Source: Diplonema japonicum
Taxonomy: Eukaryota; Protista; Euglenozoa: Diplonemea
Direction: 5' to 3'
Assembly (NCBI GenBank): GCA_964019335.1
Contig: OZ025708.1
Coordinates: 62,001-126,000 of the forward strand
DNA: 64,000 nt
Shown: positions 51,444 to 61,656 of the stretch, piece after piece
Position numbering within the stretch: position 1 is the first letter of the stretch
How the letters are laid out: each line of letters begins with the position of its first letter
The notes under the pieces: generated by a model
The model's database searches: none
Told to the model about the DNA's origin: nothing
The model's input: the letters and a program-made list of their open reading frames with translations, nothing else
Made by a program: the position numbers and the translations under genes

Positions 51444-53180
51444 CTAAACACCGACTTTTCTTTTTAAATTCAAGTCGACAGATTCTAGTTTTACGCACCC
51501 CTCCAAGAAGCCATCACCAATGGAAAAAAGATTGGTCAACGTATTCAAGTCGATGGTTTCTAGTTTTTCGCACCCAAACAAGAAGCGATCGCCAATGGAA
51601 AAAAGATTGGTCATCGCATTCAAGTTGATGGTTTCTAGTTTTACGCACCCAGACAAGAAGCAATGACCAATAGAAGAAAGATTGGTCATCGCATTCAAGT
51701 CGATGGTTTCTAGTTTTTCGCACCCAGACAAGAAGTAATGACCAATGGAAGAAAGATTGGTCATCGCATTCAAGTCGATAGTTTCTAGTTTTACGCACCT
51801 AAACAAGAAGCGATTACCAATGGAAGAAAGATTGGTCATCGCATTCAAGTCGATGGTTTCTAGTTTTTCGCACCCTTCCAAGAAGCCATCACCAATGGAA
51901 GAAAGATTGGTCATCGCATTCAAGTTGATGGTTTCTAGTTTTACGCACCCAGACAAGAAGCGATGACCAATAGAAGAAAGATTGGTCATCGCATTCAAGT
52001 TGATGGTTTCTAGTTTTTTGCACCTTTCCAAGAAGCTATCACCAATGGAAGAAAGATTGGTCGCATTCAAGTCGATGGTTTCTAGTTTTTCGCACCTATA
52101 CAAGAAGTAATGACCAATGGAAGAAAGATTGGTCATCGCATTCAAGTTGATGGTTTCTAGTTTTTCGCACCTGAACAAGAAGCGATCACCAATGGAAGAA
52201 AGATTGGTCATCGCATTCAAGTCGATGGTTTCTAGTCTTTTGCACCCATCCAAGAAGCGATCACCAATGGAAGAAAGATTGGTCATCGCATTCAAGTTGA
52301 TGGTTTCTAGTTTTACGCACCCATACAAGAAGTAACGACCAATAGAAGCAAGATTGGTCATCGCATTCAAGTTGATGGTTTCTAGTTTTACGCACCCATA
52401 CAAGAAGTAACGACCAATAGAAGAAAGATTGGTCATCGCATTCAAGTTGATGGTTTCTAGTTTTTCGCACCCAAACAAGAAGCTATCACCAATGGAAGAA
52501 AGATTGGTCATCGCATTCAAGTCGATGGTTTCTAGTTTTTTGCACCCACCCACGAAGATATCACCAATGGAAGAAAGATTGGTCATCGCATTCAAGTCGA
52601 TGGTTTCTAGATTTTTGCACTCATATAAGAAATTTTCATCAATGGTGGAAACATTGGGGAGGATGAGATCAACAGACATCAGGTGGTTGCACTCTTCAAG
52701 AAACCCAGAGCCTATCCTTGTAACACAGCCTGTGGAGTCGGTGACAACGAGGAACCGAAGTCTAGAAGGAAGGACCGTCGTCTTCATGGACAAGACTTCG
52801 ACAGCTGGCGAGTTCCCCACCTCCACCACCAGAACCAGCTCAGGGTCAGCTGTCACAAGCTCCTCAAGCTCTGAAACCACTTCTGAGCTCTCAAGCTCCT
52901 CCAGCTGAACGGTTCTCATCTTCGCCTCCACATGGACCACGCTGCCCTCCACGAGCCCGAGTTCCTGGATATCTTCACCCCCGTTCCTGTCCAGGACCTC
53001 TCCCACCCAAACCAGTTCGAACTTGCCTTCGAGTAAACCAGCAGCACACCCCGCCTTCTTGTACAGGATCCCCACCGTCTCCTTCCCTGACACTTCCACA
53101 TCGTGAACCCCGCCTCCCGTCTTCACGAACACTGTCATATCGTTCACCTCTTCACCTGATCCCTCTCTCTTTCCATTCAT
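51444..53180 (-). CDS. Ubiquitin-like N-terminal domain + BspA-type leucine-rich repeat protein (15 near-identical 25-aa repeats)
   Basis: MTVFVKT...TVG.L...G..L....LGLVEGSVVHV (Ubl-like); repeat CxKLETIxLNAMTNLSSIGxxFLxx. Confidence 0.85.
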   Translation of the reverse strand: MNGKREGSGEEVNDMTVFVKTGGGVHDVEVSGKETVGILYKKAGCAAGLLEGKFELVWVGEVLDRNGGEDIQELGLVEGSVVHVEAKMRTVQLEELESSEVVSELEELVTADPELVLVVEVGNSPAVEVLSMKTTVLPSRLRFLVVTDSTGCVTRIGSGFLEECNHLMSVDLILPNVSTIDENFLYECKNLETIDLNAMTNLSSIGDIFVGGCKKLETIDLNAMTNLSSIGDSFLFGCEKLETINLNAMTNLSSIGRYFLYGCVKLETINLNAMTNLASIGRYFLYGCVKLETINLNAMTNLSSIGDRFLDGCKRLETIDLNAMTNLSSIGDRFLFRCEKLETINLNAMTNLSSIGHYFLYRCEKLETIDLNATNLSSIGDSFLERCKKLETINLNAMTNLSSIGHRFLSGCVKLETINLNAMTNLSSIGDGFLEGCEKLETIDLNAMTNLSSIGNRFLFRCVKLETIDLNAMTNLSSIGHYFLSGCEKLETIDLNAMTNLSSIGHCFLSGCVKLETINLNAMTNLFSIGDRFLFGCEKLETIDLNTLTNLFSIGDGFLEGCVKLESVDLNLKRKVGV

Positions 53181-53494
53181 GTTCTTTTAATATTGTTTTT
53201 TTTTCTTTCTTTTTCTTTTTCTCTAATGTATTTTCCCTGTGTGCTTTGTCTCGAACGGCTGCAGGAGTCAAATGAAGAAGAAGAACCTCTAGAAAATAAA
53301 AAAACCTACTGTGAAACGAACATCTTCAAGAAAAAGGTGACGAATAACTATTTATTAAACTCAAAGTACAGGACAAGCCCCCGCTAGGCCGCCCTATGGG
53401 AGGGGGGGGTCTATCTGTTAATACTCCCCTTCTGAGCATTGCTTTCATCCCAATCGAGGTTGTGAGCGTCTTACGAAGTCGAGTGATGCGTTCC

Positions 53495-53826
53495 GGTCAT
53501 CGCATTCAAGTTGATGGTTTCTAGTTTTTTGCACTCATATAAAAAATTTTCATCAATGGTGGAAACATTGGGGAGGATGAGATCAACAGACGTCAGGTGG
53601 TTGCACTCTTCAAGAAACCAAGAGCCTATCCTTGTAACACAGCCTGTGGAGTCGGTGACAACGAGGAACCGAAGTCCGGAAGGAAGGACCATCGTGGACA
53701 AGACTTCGACAGCTGGCGAGTTCCCCACCTCCACCACCAGAACCAGCTCAGGGTCAGCTGTCACAAGCTCCTCAAGCTCTGAAACCACTTCTGAGCTCTC
53801 AAGCTCCTCCAGCTGAACGGTTCTCT
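53495..53826 (-). pseudogene. Truncated duplicate of the LRR gene (pre-repeat region plus start of first repeat)
   Basis: Near-identical to ~52580-52917. Confidence 0.8.
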
Positions 53827-53829
53827 AAT

Positions 53830-54535
53830 TTTTTTTTTCTCAAAAGTACCTATCCTAGGCCTTAATAGAGGAATTTAGTGAAGTGGGGTGAAAGTGAGAT
53901 GTTTGGGGGTCAAAAAAAAAGGTGCCCAAAAAAAACTATTTTTCACATGAACAAGTGGTCAAAAAACACCTGAAAAGTGGTTTTTTACCTCAGAAAAATT
54001 GATTTTTTTCCATAAGGGTACCTATATCAGGCCTAGTAATGGTCTATCTGTTGGTTTTCTCTCATTTATGACTTACCCTTCTCATTCTTTGTATTTACCC
54101 CCTTTTTTTTACTGTACTTTATTGGGTGCATGGGGTGCTGGAAAAAAAAAAAAAATAGTGTCCAAAAAAATTGCTTTTCCTCCCAAAAAAAGTGGCCAAA
54201 AACACCCTTAAATTGATTTTTTCTCAAAAAAATTTTTTTTCCCTCAAAGATACCTATTCTACTATTCTAGACCTTAATGAGGCTAATAGTGAAAGTGAGA
54301 TGGTCATGGGTCAAAAAAAAAGTGCCCAAAGAATTTTTTTCCTCACAAAAGAAATTGTCAAAAACACCTGAATAGTGATATTTTACCTCAGAAAATAAGA
54401 TTTTTTTCACAAAGGGCACCTGTACTTGGCCTAGTAATGGTCCATCTGTCATTTTTCTCCTTTATAACTTACCTTTCTCATTCTTTGTATTCCCCCCCCC
54501 CCCCCCCCCCTGTTTTTACTGTACTTTATTGGCAG
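53830..54535. repeat. Diverged tandem repeat, about two units of ~405 bp
   Basis: Shared blocks GTGAAAGTGAGATG, GGCCTAGTAATGGTC, CTCATTCTTTGTATT, TTTTTACTGTACTTTATTGG in both units. Confidence 0.7.
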
Positions 54536-55471
54536 GTTTTTTAAAAAATAACCTAACCCAACAGGACACCCCAATAGAACCAGAAAATCTGTCAGAAAAG
54601 ACTACCTGATAGCCTACCTTGGGTGGAATGGGGGCATGGCTGGCAATATTGGGGTTGAAAGGTCCCAGGATTGAGGTGAAGAAGGTGACACACTGCTATT
54701 GTTGGCAAAGCACTGGAGGTGAAGGAGATTGCAGCCAAGAAGAAAGACCAACTGCTATTGCTGGGCAAAGAACCAAAAAAATGAAATAAATTCCAAAAGA
54801 AAAAAGCAAGTAAGAGGTAAAAGGTTTGAATACATGGTTAAATGGACTATTAAATTCTTTTTTGATTAAGTAACCACAGCTGGGTACTTTAATTTTCAAC
54901 CCATTTTGGCAACACTGGGACTAAAAAATCTTGATTAGGAGATTTACACTTTCTTTATTAGGTTTAAAAATTAAATAGGTTCAGAAAAAAACTAAAGAAT
55001 AAATTCAAATGTGGGAAATTGTGTGTTTCCTGAAAAGTGAGTATAAGGTGGTAGAATGATATAAATCTTAAATTTTCGGAAGAAAGTTGATTTCTTGAAG
55101 AAAAAAAAATTCGATTAGGTAACCACAGCTGGGAAACCTACTTCAAGGGGAATTTTGCTTATCACGCAAAATTAGGCCAAAATTCCAAAAATACCATTCT
55201 AAAATGAAGCTTGATTTTGTGATTTTCAGGTGGCCATTTAGACCCTAAGGAAAATTCCTAAAGTGATTTTTGAAAGATTTTTTTCAGTCCAAGGGTCAAA
55301 ACTTTCCATTGGCTGTTCAGAATTCCATTTTCAGGACCAAATTGGGTGTTAAAAAAAAAAAAACTTTTTTTTTTTGCCCTCCCATTGTTATGAGAATGAG
55401 TTGCCCCCCTGAGATTTTCGGATTTTACTTACTTTTTACTTCAGAATATAGTTTAGAGATGTGTATTCCAC

Positions 55472-56744
55472 CTAAACACCTTTCTGAACTTTTTGGTTTG
55501 CAGAAATGGGTTTATAAGGTGTTCTGTTAAGTGCTTCCACCACATATACAAAAGCCAAGCAAAGGGGTGTTCTCCCCCCGTTGTCTTTTGCCTCGATGTC
55601 TGCCTTGTGTTCAAGAAGCAGGTGTACAGCAGAGGGGTGAACATCGGAGCCATGAAGAGCCGTCCTTCCTTCCCTGTCTCTCGCATTCACATCTGCGTTG
55701 TGTTTCAGAAGTACAGAAAGCTTGCTCCCACTCCCCGGAGCTTGCCTCTCACATGCTGCTCCGTGAATGACAGGTTCACCATAACTGTTTTTTGCGTTGA
55801 CATCAGCATTGTGTCTCAAGAAGTACTTCCGCCACCTCGAAATTAGCCAAGAAAAGGGGTGTTCTTCCCTCGTTGTCTTTTGCCTCGATGTCTGCCTTGT
55901 GTTCAAGAAGCAGGTGTCTGAAATGATTTTAAGTCAGAATAGAGAATGTGTACAGCAGAGGGGGGAGCAGAATTGAAGACATGAAGAGCCGTCATTCCTT
56001 CCCTGTCTCTGATATTCACATCTGCGTTGTGTTTTAGAAGTACAGAAAGCTTGCCCTCAGGATGCTCCTCATATGCTACCTGGTGAATGACAGGTTCCAT
56101 AACTGTTTCTTGCATTGACATCTGCATTGTGTCTCAAGAGAAGAGCCGCCACCTCCTCCGAAGTGGTCCGGTGAAGCGCTGTACACTTCACCCAATCGGC
56201 TGCTTTGCAATTTTCCCTCCAATCGTCACCAAGATCAACTTCTGAATTCACGTCCACAGAAGTGCGAATCAAGAGGACCTCCACACAAGAAAGACGATTG
56301 AGCTTGGCCGCCAAGTGAAGGGTTTCCTCCTCCCCACCACTCACCCCAGCATCCAGGAGAAGGTTCACAGCGCCTCGCACATCTTGTTCTCCTGTAAACC
56401 TGAACAGTTTTCAAATATCTCATGCAAGTCCCTTCCCTTCACTTCGATCCCCATCTCAGAGAGTTTCAACAGAGCCGCCTGCCTCTTGCACACCACCACT
56501 TCAAGCATGCTTCCATCCTCAAAAGGAAAATCTCCGACGAGCTGTCCACCGTTGTCAGCAGCCGTCGCCACCACCTCCCCATCGAAGGTAGGGTGAAGCT
56601 GTCCACATCCAACCCTCCCATCGATGCGATCCTCTCCCTCACATTCTTCATCTCCTCCGAAGCCACTGCCTCAATGCTGATGGTCTCAGAGGTGGGGAGC
56701 CTTGCCTGCAACGTCACTACCGATGGTCCTTTGCTTTCTTTCAT
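55472..56744 (-). pseudogene. Frameshifted Ubl + ankyrin-repeat gene
   Basis: Fragments in different frames: ARLPTSETISIE...RERIA (Ubl-like), TLHLAA, TALH, LL.HNADVNARD.EG.TALH, GRTPL. Confidence 0.75.
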
Positions 56745-57241
56745 TTCTTTTTTTTTTTTTCCCGAACTTTTTTTTCTTCTTTTCTTTTCCCTGTAATTCT
56801 TAAGATTCTTAAATTAGAACAAACAATTGCGCGGGGAAAAAAAAAAAGAAGACACCAAAAAAAGATAAAAAGAAACCACCCCAAGGGAAAAAACGTTCTG
56901 TGTTGTTTCTTTTTTTTTTTTCTTTTTTCCGAGCACGGACCCAGAAAACGATTTTTTTTTACCCTGCATCTTTTATAGTCAGTTGGTGGACCCCTTCAAT
57001 TGGCTGGGCAAAGCAAGCTATGTTGCTTGGAGTCTTTCAACTCAACTCTGCACCGAAAGCCAAGAGAACCTACTTCAACCCCGGCGAAAAAAAACCACCA
57101 CCAAAAAACAAAAAAAAAAAAAAAAAAAAAAAAACAAAACGAAAAATCACTGAACTGTGGCGTGGACCTGCTTGTTTTTCTTACCCGCCTTCAAGCAGCA
57201 AGAGAAAATGCAGTGTGACCACAACCACAGTGAACTGAAGA

Positions 57242-57284
<43 letters not shown>

Positions 57285-57310
57285 CCGTTTTTTGAATCCT
57301 TATATCTCCC

Positions 57311-58066
57311 CTAGTTGGCAGCGGCCTCAATGATTTCCACGAATTCAGGTTTGAGGGAAGCCCCACCGACGAGGAACCCGTTGATGTCCTTCTGTCTGTA
57401 AAGAAGGTTGGCATTCTTTGCATTGACTGAGCCACCGTAGAGGACTCTGGTGGAGGAGGCCACGTCGGCAGAGATGTTCTCCGCAAGCCAGGAGCGGATG
57501 GAGAGGTGAACGGCCTGAGCCTCCTCAGGGGTGGCGACCTTGCCGGTACCGATGGCCCAGACAGGCTCGTAAGCAATGGCAACAGAGCCCCATTTGTCTT
57601 TAGAGACAGCAGATGCGATGGATGCGAGCTGTTCCAGCACCACCTTCAGCGTGTCGCCGCTCTCGCGTTGTTCAAGTGTTTCTCCGAGACAGGCGATGGC
57701 GTTTAACTCGCCTTCGAGTACTGCCGTTACTTTGGTTGCGATCACTTCATTCGTTTCACCGTACATGGCCCTTCTCTCCGAGTGTCCCAAGATGACCCAC
57801 TCCGCACCGAAGTCCTTCAGTTGCACAACGTTGACCTCGCCTGTGAACGCTCCTGGTTTCACCGTGCAGTTCTGTGCTGCCAGCATGAACCCCGTGTCCT
57901 TCAACCCCTCCTGAACAAACCCCAAGTGTAGCAGCGACGGGGCCACCACTTTGTCCACGTTTGCACTGCACCCTGCTTCTTTGAACACCGCCAACAGCTC
58001 CCTGCCGCTCTCGAGAGTCCCGTTGGACTTCCAGTTGGCAACAACCATAGGGGTCGGCTTGGACAT
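57311..58066 (-). CDS. TPI: Triosephosphate isomerase (251 aa)
   Basis: MSKPTPMVVANWK, ILGHSERR, AYEPVWAIGTG, LYGGSV, GFLVGGASLKPEF; start set by similarity to kinetoplastid MSKP N-terminus. Confidence 0.97.
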   Translation of the reverse strand: MSKPTPMVVANWKSNGTLESGRELLAVFKEAGCSANVDKVVAPSLLHLGFVQEGLKDTGFMLAAQNCTVKPGAFTGEVNVVQLKDFGAEWVILGHSERRAMYGETNEVIATKVTAVLEGELNAIACLGETLEQRESGDTLKVVLEQLASIASAVSKDKWGSVAIAYEPVWAIGTGKVATPEEAQAVHLSIRSWLAENISADVASSTRVLYGGSVNAKNANLLYRQKDINGFLVGGASLKPEFVEIIEAAAN

Positions 58067-58305
58067 CGTTGGTGTGTCTCTAAAAAAAAAAGTAAGGTCA
58101 AAATCATGCAAAAAAAAAAAAAAAAAAAAAAAAAAAAGAAACAAGAAGAATAAAGAAACGAAAATGAATAATAACAGACTGATGGGCTTGGTGTTTGCCA
58201 CAGACACACCTGCATCAGTGAAGACGCGGGGCGGGGCCTTTCTTTTTTCTTTTTTCTTTTTGATATAAGACATGGGTTGCCGTGACGAGTTCAGTTAAAA
58301 CTGCG

Positions 58306-61300
58306 TCAAACAAAGGCAACCTCAAGGGAGGGGTTGGGGGCGTCGCTTTCATGGACCTTCTCGGGCCCCAGTTCGTTCATGTTGCTTGCAAAGAACTCTG
58401 TCATATACATCTTTCCTTTCTTTTTTCGCGCGCAGACCAGAAGCACTATAGCGGCGATCAAGGCCAAACCACCCACAGCAGCGACAATAGGGATCCACAA
58501 GGCGGTCCCACTAGACCCACTACTAGGAGCAGCAGCCATAGTGCAATTCACCACCTGTGAACCAGCAGCAGATCTCCTGTCGCTGCAGACACATGTGTAG
58601 TCATTCAGCACAGTCAGGCCTGTACCGTCCATGCAATCCTGGTCACCACATACACCCCCACCGCATTCTGTTGGTACTTCAGTCCCGTTTGCATAGGTAG
58701 GCGCAGGTGTTACCAAAGCTCGTGGTTTGCAGTCAGCAGCGCTTCCCTCATTGCTGCCATATGTGTCGCCAATGCATGTGCACACGAAGTCTTGAGTAGA
58801 ACTCGGTGCGGTATCGGGGTCGCTGCAGGTCTGAGTGAGCACAGGACATGGAGCAAGACTGTTCCCCCTTGGCTTGCATTCATCGTACACACATGTGGTA
58901 GGACCACCCACTGTCATCCCTTCACCAACACTGCAGGTGCACACAAAGTCACCAGCGTTGTTGACATCAGGGTCGCTGCACACTTGGTACTGACCGCATG
59001 GGCTGCTAGTACATTCACCAACTTTTTCACACTCGGCAGGCCCACCGACTTTCGAGACACCGTTCGGGCACGTGCACACGAAGTCGTTCAGGCTATCAGC
59101 CGAGGGGTTGGGGTCGTTGCAGGTCTCTACAACTTCCGGGTGTCCCGCCCAGTCGCAAGGGTTGCCTATATTGCCGACTTTGCATTCGTCGCACACTGCA
59201 ACAGGTGCACCAATGTTATGTTCTAACCCGAAGGGGCAGCTGCACTCAAAGTTGCCAGTCTTCATTGTGTCGGAGTCTTTGCACCCCTGTCCAGGGCCGC
59301 ACGGACTCGCCGTGCACTCATCTGCACCGCAGTTAGGCACTGCCTGCCCAATCGCCTTTGCATTTGTTGAAGTGCAGGTGCAGGTGAAGTCGTTTTTGCT
59401 TGCGAAAGTTGTATTTGGATCGTTGCAAGTCTGCCCGCTGCTGCAAGGGTTGACTGTGCACTCATCCTTGGTACATCTTGCTGGACCATCAGTCTGGACA
59501 ATGGTCATATCATTATCACAAGTGCAGGTGAAGTCGTGCTGGCTGTTCTTCGCCGGGTTGGGGTCATTGCATGTCTGGCCAGTGCCACAGGGAGCAGGTG
59601 TGGCGGCACACTCGTCGATCTCACAAGTGGCGGCGGTACCAGTGGCAACGACACCGTTGGTGCAAGTGCAGGTGAAGTCACCAGTGGAAGTGGTAGCGGT
59701 GGCGGGGTCGTTGCAGGTCTGACCAGTGCCACAGGGCATCGCATTGCACTCGTCCAGCAAGCACGTCGCCGCACTACCTGTCATCATCCCTGACTTGGGA
59801 GCCGTGCAGGTGCACACGAAGTCGTTCATCACTGCCACTGAGGTGTCGGGGTCGTTGCAGGTCTGCCCCGCCCCGCATGGACTGGCGTCGCATTCGTCCG
59901 TGGTGCAGGTGGCTGCCATCCCAGTTGCAGAGCCCGTCCCTGTCGTGCAGGAGCAGATGAAGTCGTTCGCCGGTGCCGATGCTTGGTCGGGGTCCACGCA
60001 GCTCTGACCCGTCGCACACGGGTTCGGCATGCACTCGTCGTTCGAACCCATGCTGCACATGGCAGGGCCGCCCACGTTGGTCGTCGCCATGTTCGGTGCG
60101 GGGCACGTGCACACGAAGTCCCCAGTTTTCGCAGCCGAGGTTTGCGGGTCGTTGCAGGTCTGCGTCATACCGCACGGTGTCGTGCTGCACTCGTCGTTCA
60201 CGCAAATGGCAGGACCGTCAGTCTTCACAATGGTCATGTCGTTGTCACAAGTGCAAGTGAAATCGTTAACACTGCTTTTAGCAGGATTGGGATCGCTGCA
60301 GGTCTGACCAGTACCACAGGGACCACTCCCACACTCATCATCTAAGCAGGTAGCAGGGCCACCAGTTGTCACAACACCGTTGGTACAGGTGCAAGTGTAG
60401 TCACTTGTAGATGAAGGCGAAGTGTTGGGGTCGTTGCAGGTCTGACCAGTACCACAGGGGGTGGTGGTGCACTCATCCTTGGTGCAGGTGGCAGGACCAT
60501 CAATCTTCACAATTGTCATGTCACTGTCACAAGTGCAGGTGAAGTCGTGGGACACGCTCGCCTTGGTGTCAGGGTCATTGCAGGTCTGTCCGGTGCCGCA
60601 GGGGGCAGGTGTGGCGGCGCACTCATCGATGACACAGGTGGGCTGTGCACCGGTGGCCGTGGTGGCGGAGTCGGCAGTGCAAGTGCACACGTAATTGTTA
60701 GGGGCGGTCTGGTCAGCGTCGTTGCACGACTGGTCACTGCCACAGGGGGCAGGTGTGGCCGCGCACTCATCGGTCATCGAGGGGCCACTCGTGCAGCCGG
60801 TGGCCGCTGTGTTGGGGCTCAGCACGTTTTGTGCATACTCCTTCCCTGCTCCCATGTACCCGAAGTTCCCAGCTGAGAAGTAATTGCACATCAGATACAC
60901 GTTGGTGAGACCACCTGATGCTGCCACATGGCACAGAGCACAGCCAATCTCAGTACTATCCTTCCACACAACTTGTGTCATGTGGCCTGTGGTGCCGGTG
61001 TTGGTGGCAGTACCGTAGTTCCAGCAGCCTTCCTCCTCGCAGAACCAAGCCTGGGTGCCGTCGGCAGGATCGTAATCGTGGAGCTCCTTGTTTCCGCCAA
61101 CCATTGCGATGTTCTCACCGTAGCGCTCACCGTTGTTGTCGGGGGGGTTGTTGTGGGTGAGCTGCTTTGTGCTGCAGGTGGTGGTGAAGCCAGTGCTGCT
61201 GATGGTGTACGCAGCGATTGCCTTCTTGTAGGTAAGGGGACAGGCACCGTGCTTGGCACGGTATTCATTGTGCTTGGCGAGAACGCTGTCTTCCTGCCAC

Positions 61301-61656
61301 TGAGCAAGATGGGAGTAACAAGGACTGCTGGTCTGCCCTGTGCAGGAACCGGTTTTTGGAGATGGGGGTGCGGCATTTGGATCGTAGGTACCAGGGGCGC
61401 AAGTGCATGCTGTGCACCCACCCATCCCTACCAGCTGAGGGCAGTCGTAGTTCGAAAGCAGGTCTTGACAGTTGTACATCCCAAACGTGTCAGTGCAGCT
61501 GCTTGCCTGCGGGCAGTATGCGAGTGTAGAGGTGCAGGCACCTAAGGTACGAGCAGCACGTGACCCGTCAAAGAAGTTCGACACCTCTTGTTTGCCAATT
61601 GTCAAGTTGTAGTGCGGGACTTGCCCAACTATGGTGAGGAGGAGCAAGGTATACAT
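58306..61656 (-). CDS. Type I membrane protein: signal peptide, CAP/SCP (PR-1) domain, ~15 EGF-like repeats, transmembrane helix, short cytoplasmic tail
   Basis: HNEYRAKHG, YGENI, GHMTQVVWK, IGCA, CNY...GN (CAP); repeated DEC..PC..GQTC.DP......DF.CTC; hydrophobic LWIPIVAAVGGLALIAAIVLLVC followed by RKKK. Confidence 0.9.
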   Translation of the reverse strand: MYTLLLLTIVGQVPHYNLTIGKQEVSNFFDGSRAARTLGACTSTLAYCPQASSCTDTFGMYNCQDLLSNYDCPQLVGMGGCTACTCAPGTYDPNAAPPSPKTGSCTGQTSSPCYSHLAQWQEDSVLAKHNEYRAKHGACPLTYKKAIAAYTISSTGFTTTCSTKQLTHNNPPDNNGERYGENIAMVGGNKELHDYDPADGTQAWFCEEEGCWNYGTATNTGTTGHMTQVVWKDSTEIGCALCHVAASGGLTNVYLMCNYFSAGNFGYMGAGKEYAQNVLSPNTAATGCTSGPSMTDECAATPAPCGSDQSCNDADQTAPNNYVCTCTADSATTATGAQPTCVIDECAATPAPCGTGQTCNDPDTKASVSHDFTCTCDSDMTIVKIDGPATCTKDECTTTPCGTGQTCNDPNTSPSSTSDYTCTCTNGVVTTGGPATCLDDECGSGPCGTGQTCSDPNPAKSSVNDFTCTCDNDMTIVKTDGPAICVNDECSTTPCGMTQTCNDPQTSAAKTGDFVCTCPAPNMATTNVGGPAMCSMGSNDECMPNPCATGQSCVDPDQASAPANDFICSCTTGTGSATGMAATCTTDECDASPCGAGQTCNDPDTSVAVMNDFVCTCTAPKSGMMTGSAATCLLDECNAMPCGTGQTCNDPATATTSTGDFTCTCTNGVVATGTAATCEIDECAATPAPCGTGQTCNDPNPAKNSQHDFTCTCDNDMTIVQTDGPARCTKDECTVNPCSSGQTCNDPNTTFASKNDFTCTCTSTNAKAIGQAVPNCGADECTASPCGPGQGCKDSDTMKTGNFECSCPFGLEHNIGAPVAVCDECKVGNIGNPCDWAGHPEVVETCNDPNPSADSLNDFVCTCPNGVSKVGGPAECEKVGECTSSPCGQYQVCSDPDVNNAGDFVCTCSVGEGMTVGGPTTCVYDECKPRGNSLAPCPVLTQTCSDPDTAPSSTQDFVCTCIGDTYGSNEGSAADCKPRALVTPAPTYANGTEVPTECGGGVCGDQDCMDGTGLTVLNDYTCVCSDRRSAAGSQVVNCTMAAAPSSGSSGTALWIPIVAAVGGLALIAAIVLLVCARKKKGKMYMTEFFASNMNELGPEKVHESDAPNPSLEVAFV

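Noticed and set aside
51470-52620. CRISPR-like array of constant and variable blocks
   Set aside because: 75-bp in-frame coding LRR repeats in a eukaryotic context, no cas genes
54112-54531. CTGTACTTTATTG matching the 3' end of the diplonemid spliced leader as I recall it (two copies)
   Set aside because: Only 13 nt in AT-rich repeat; no 5' part of the exon, GT donor directly after it, or Sm site
58067-58273. N-terminal extension of TIM with hydrophobic Phe run
   Set aside because: Polypyrimidine intergenic tract, probably a splice-acceptor region; homology starts at MSKP
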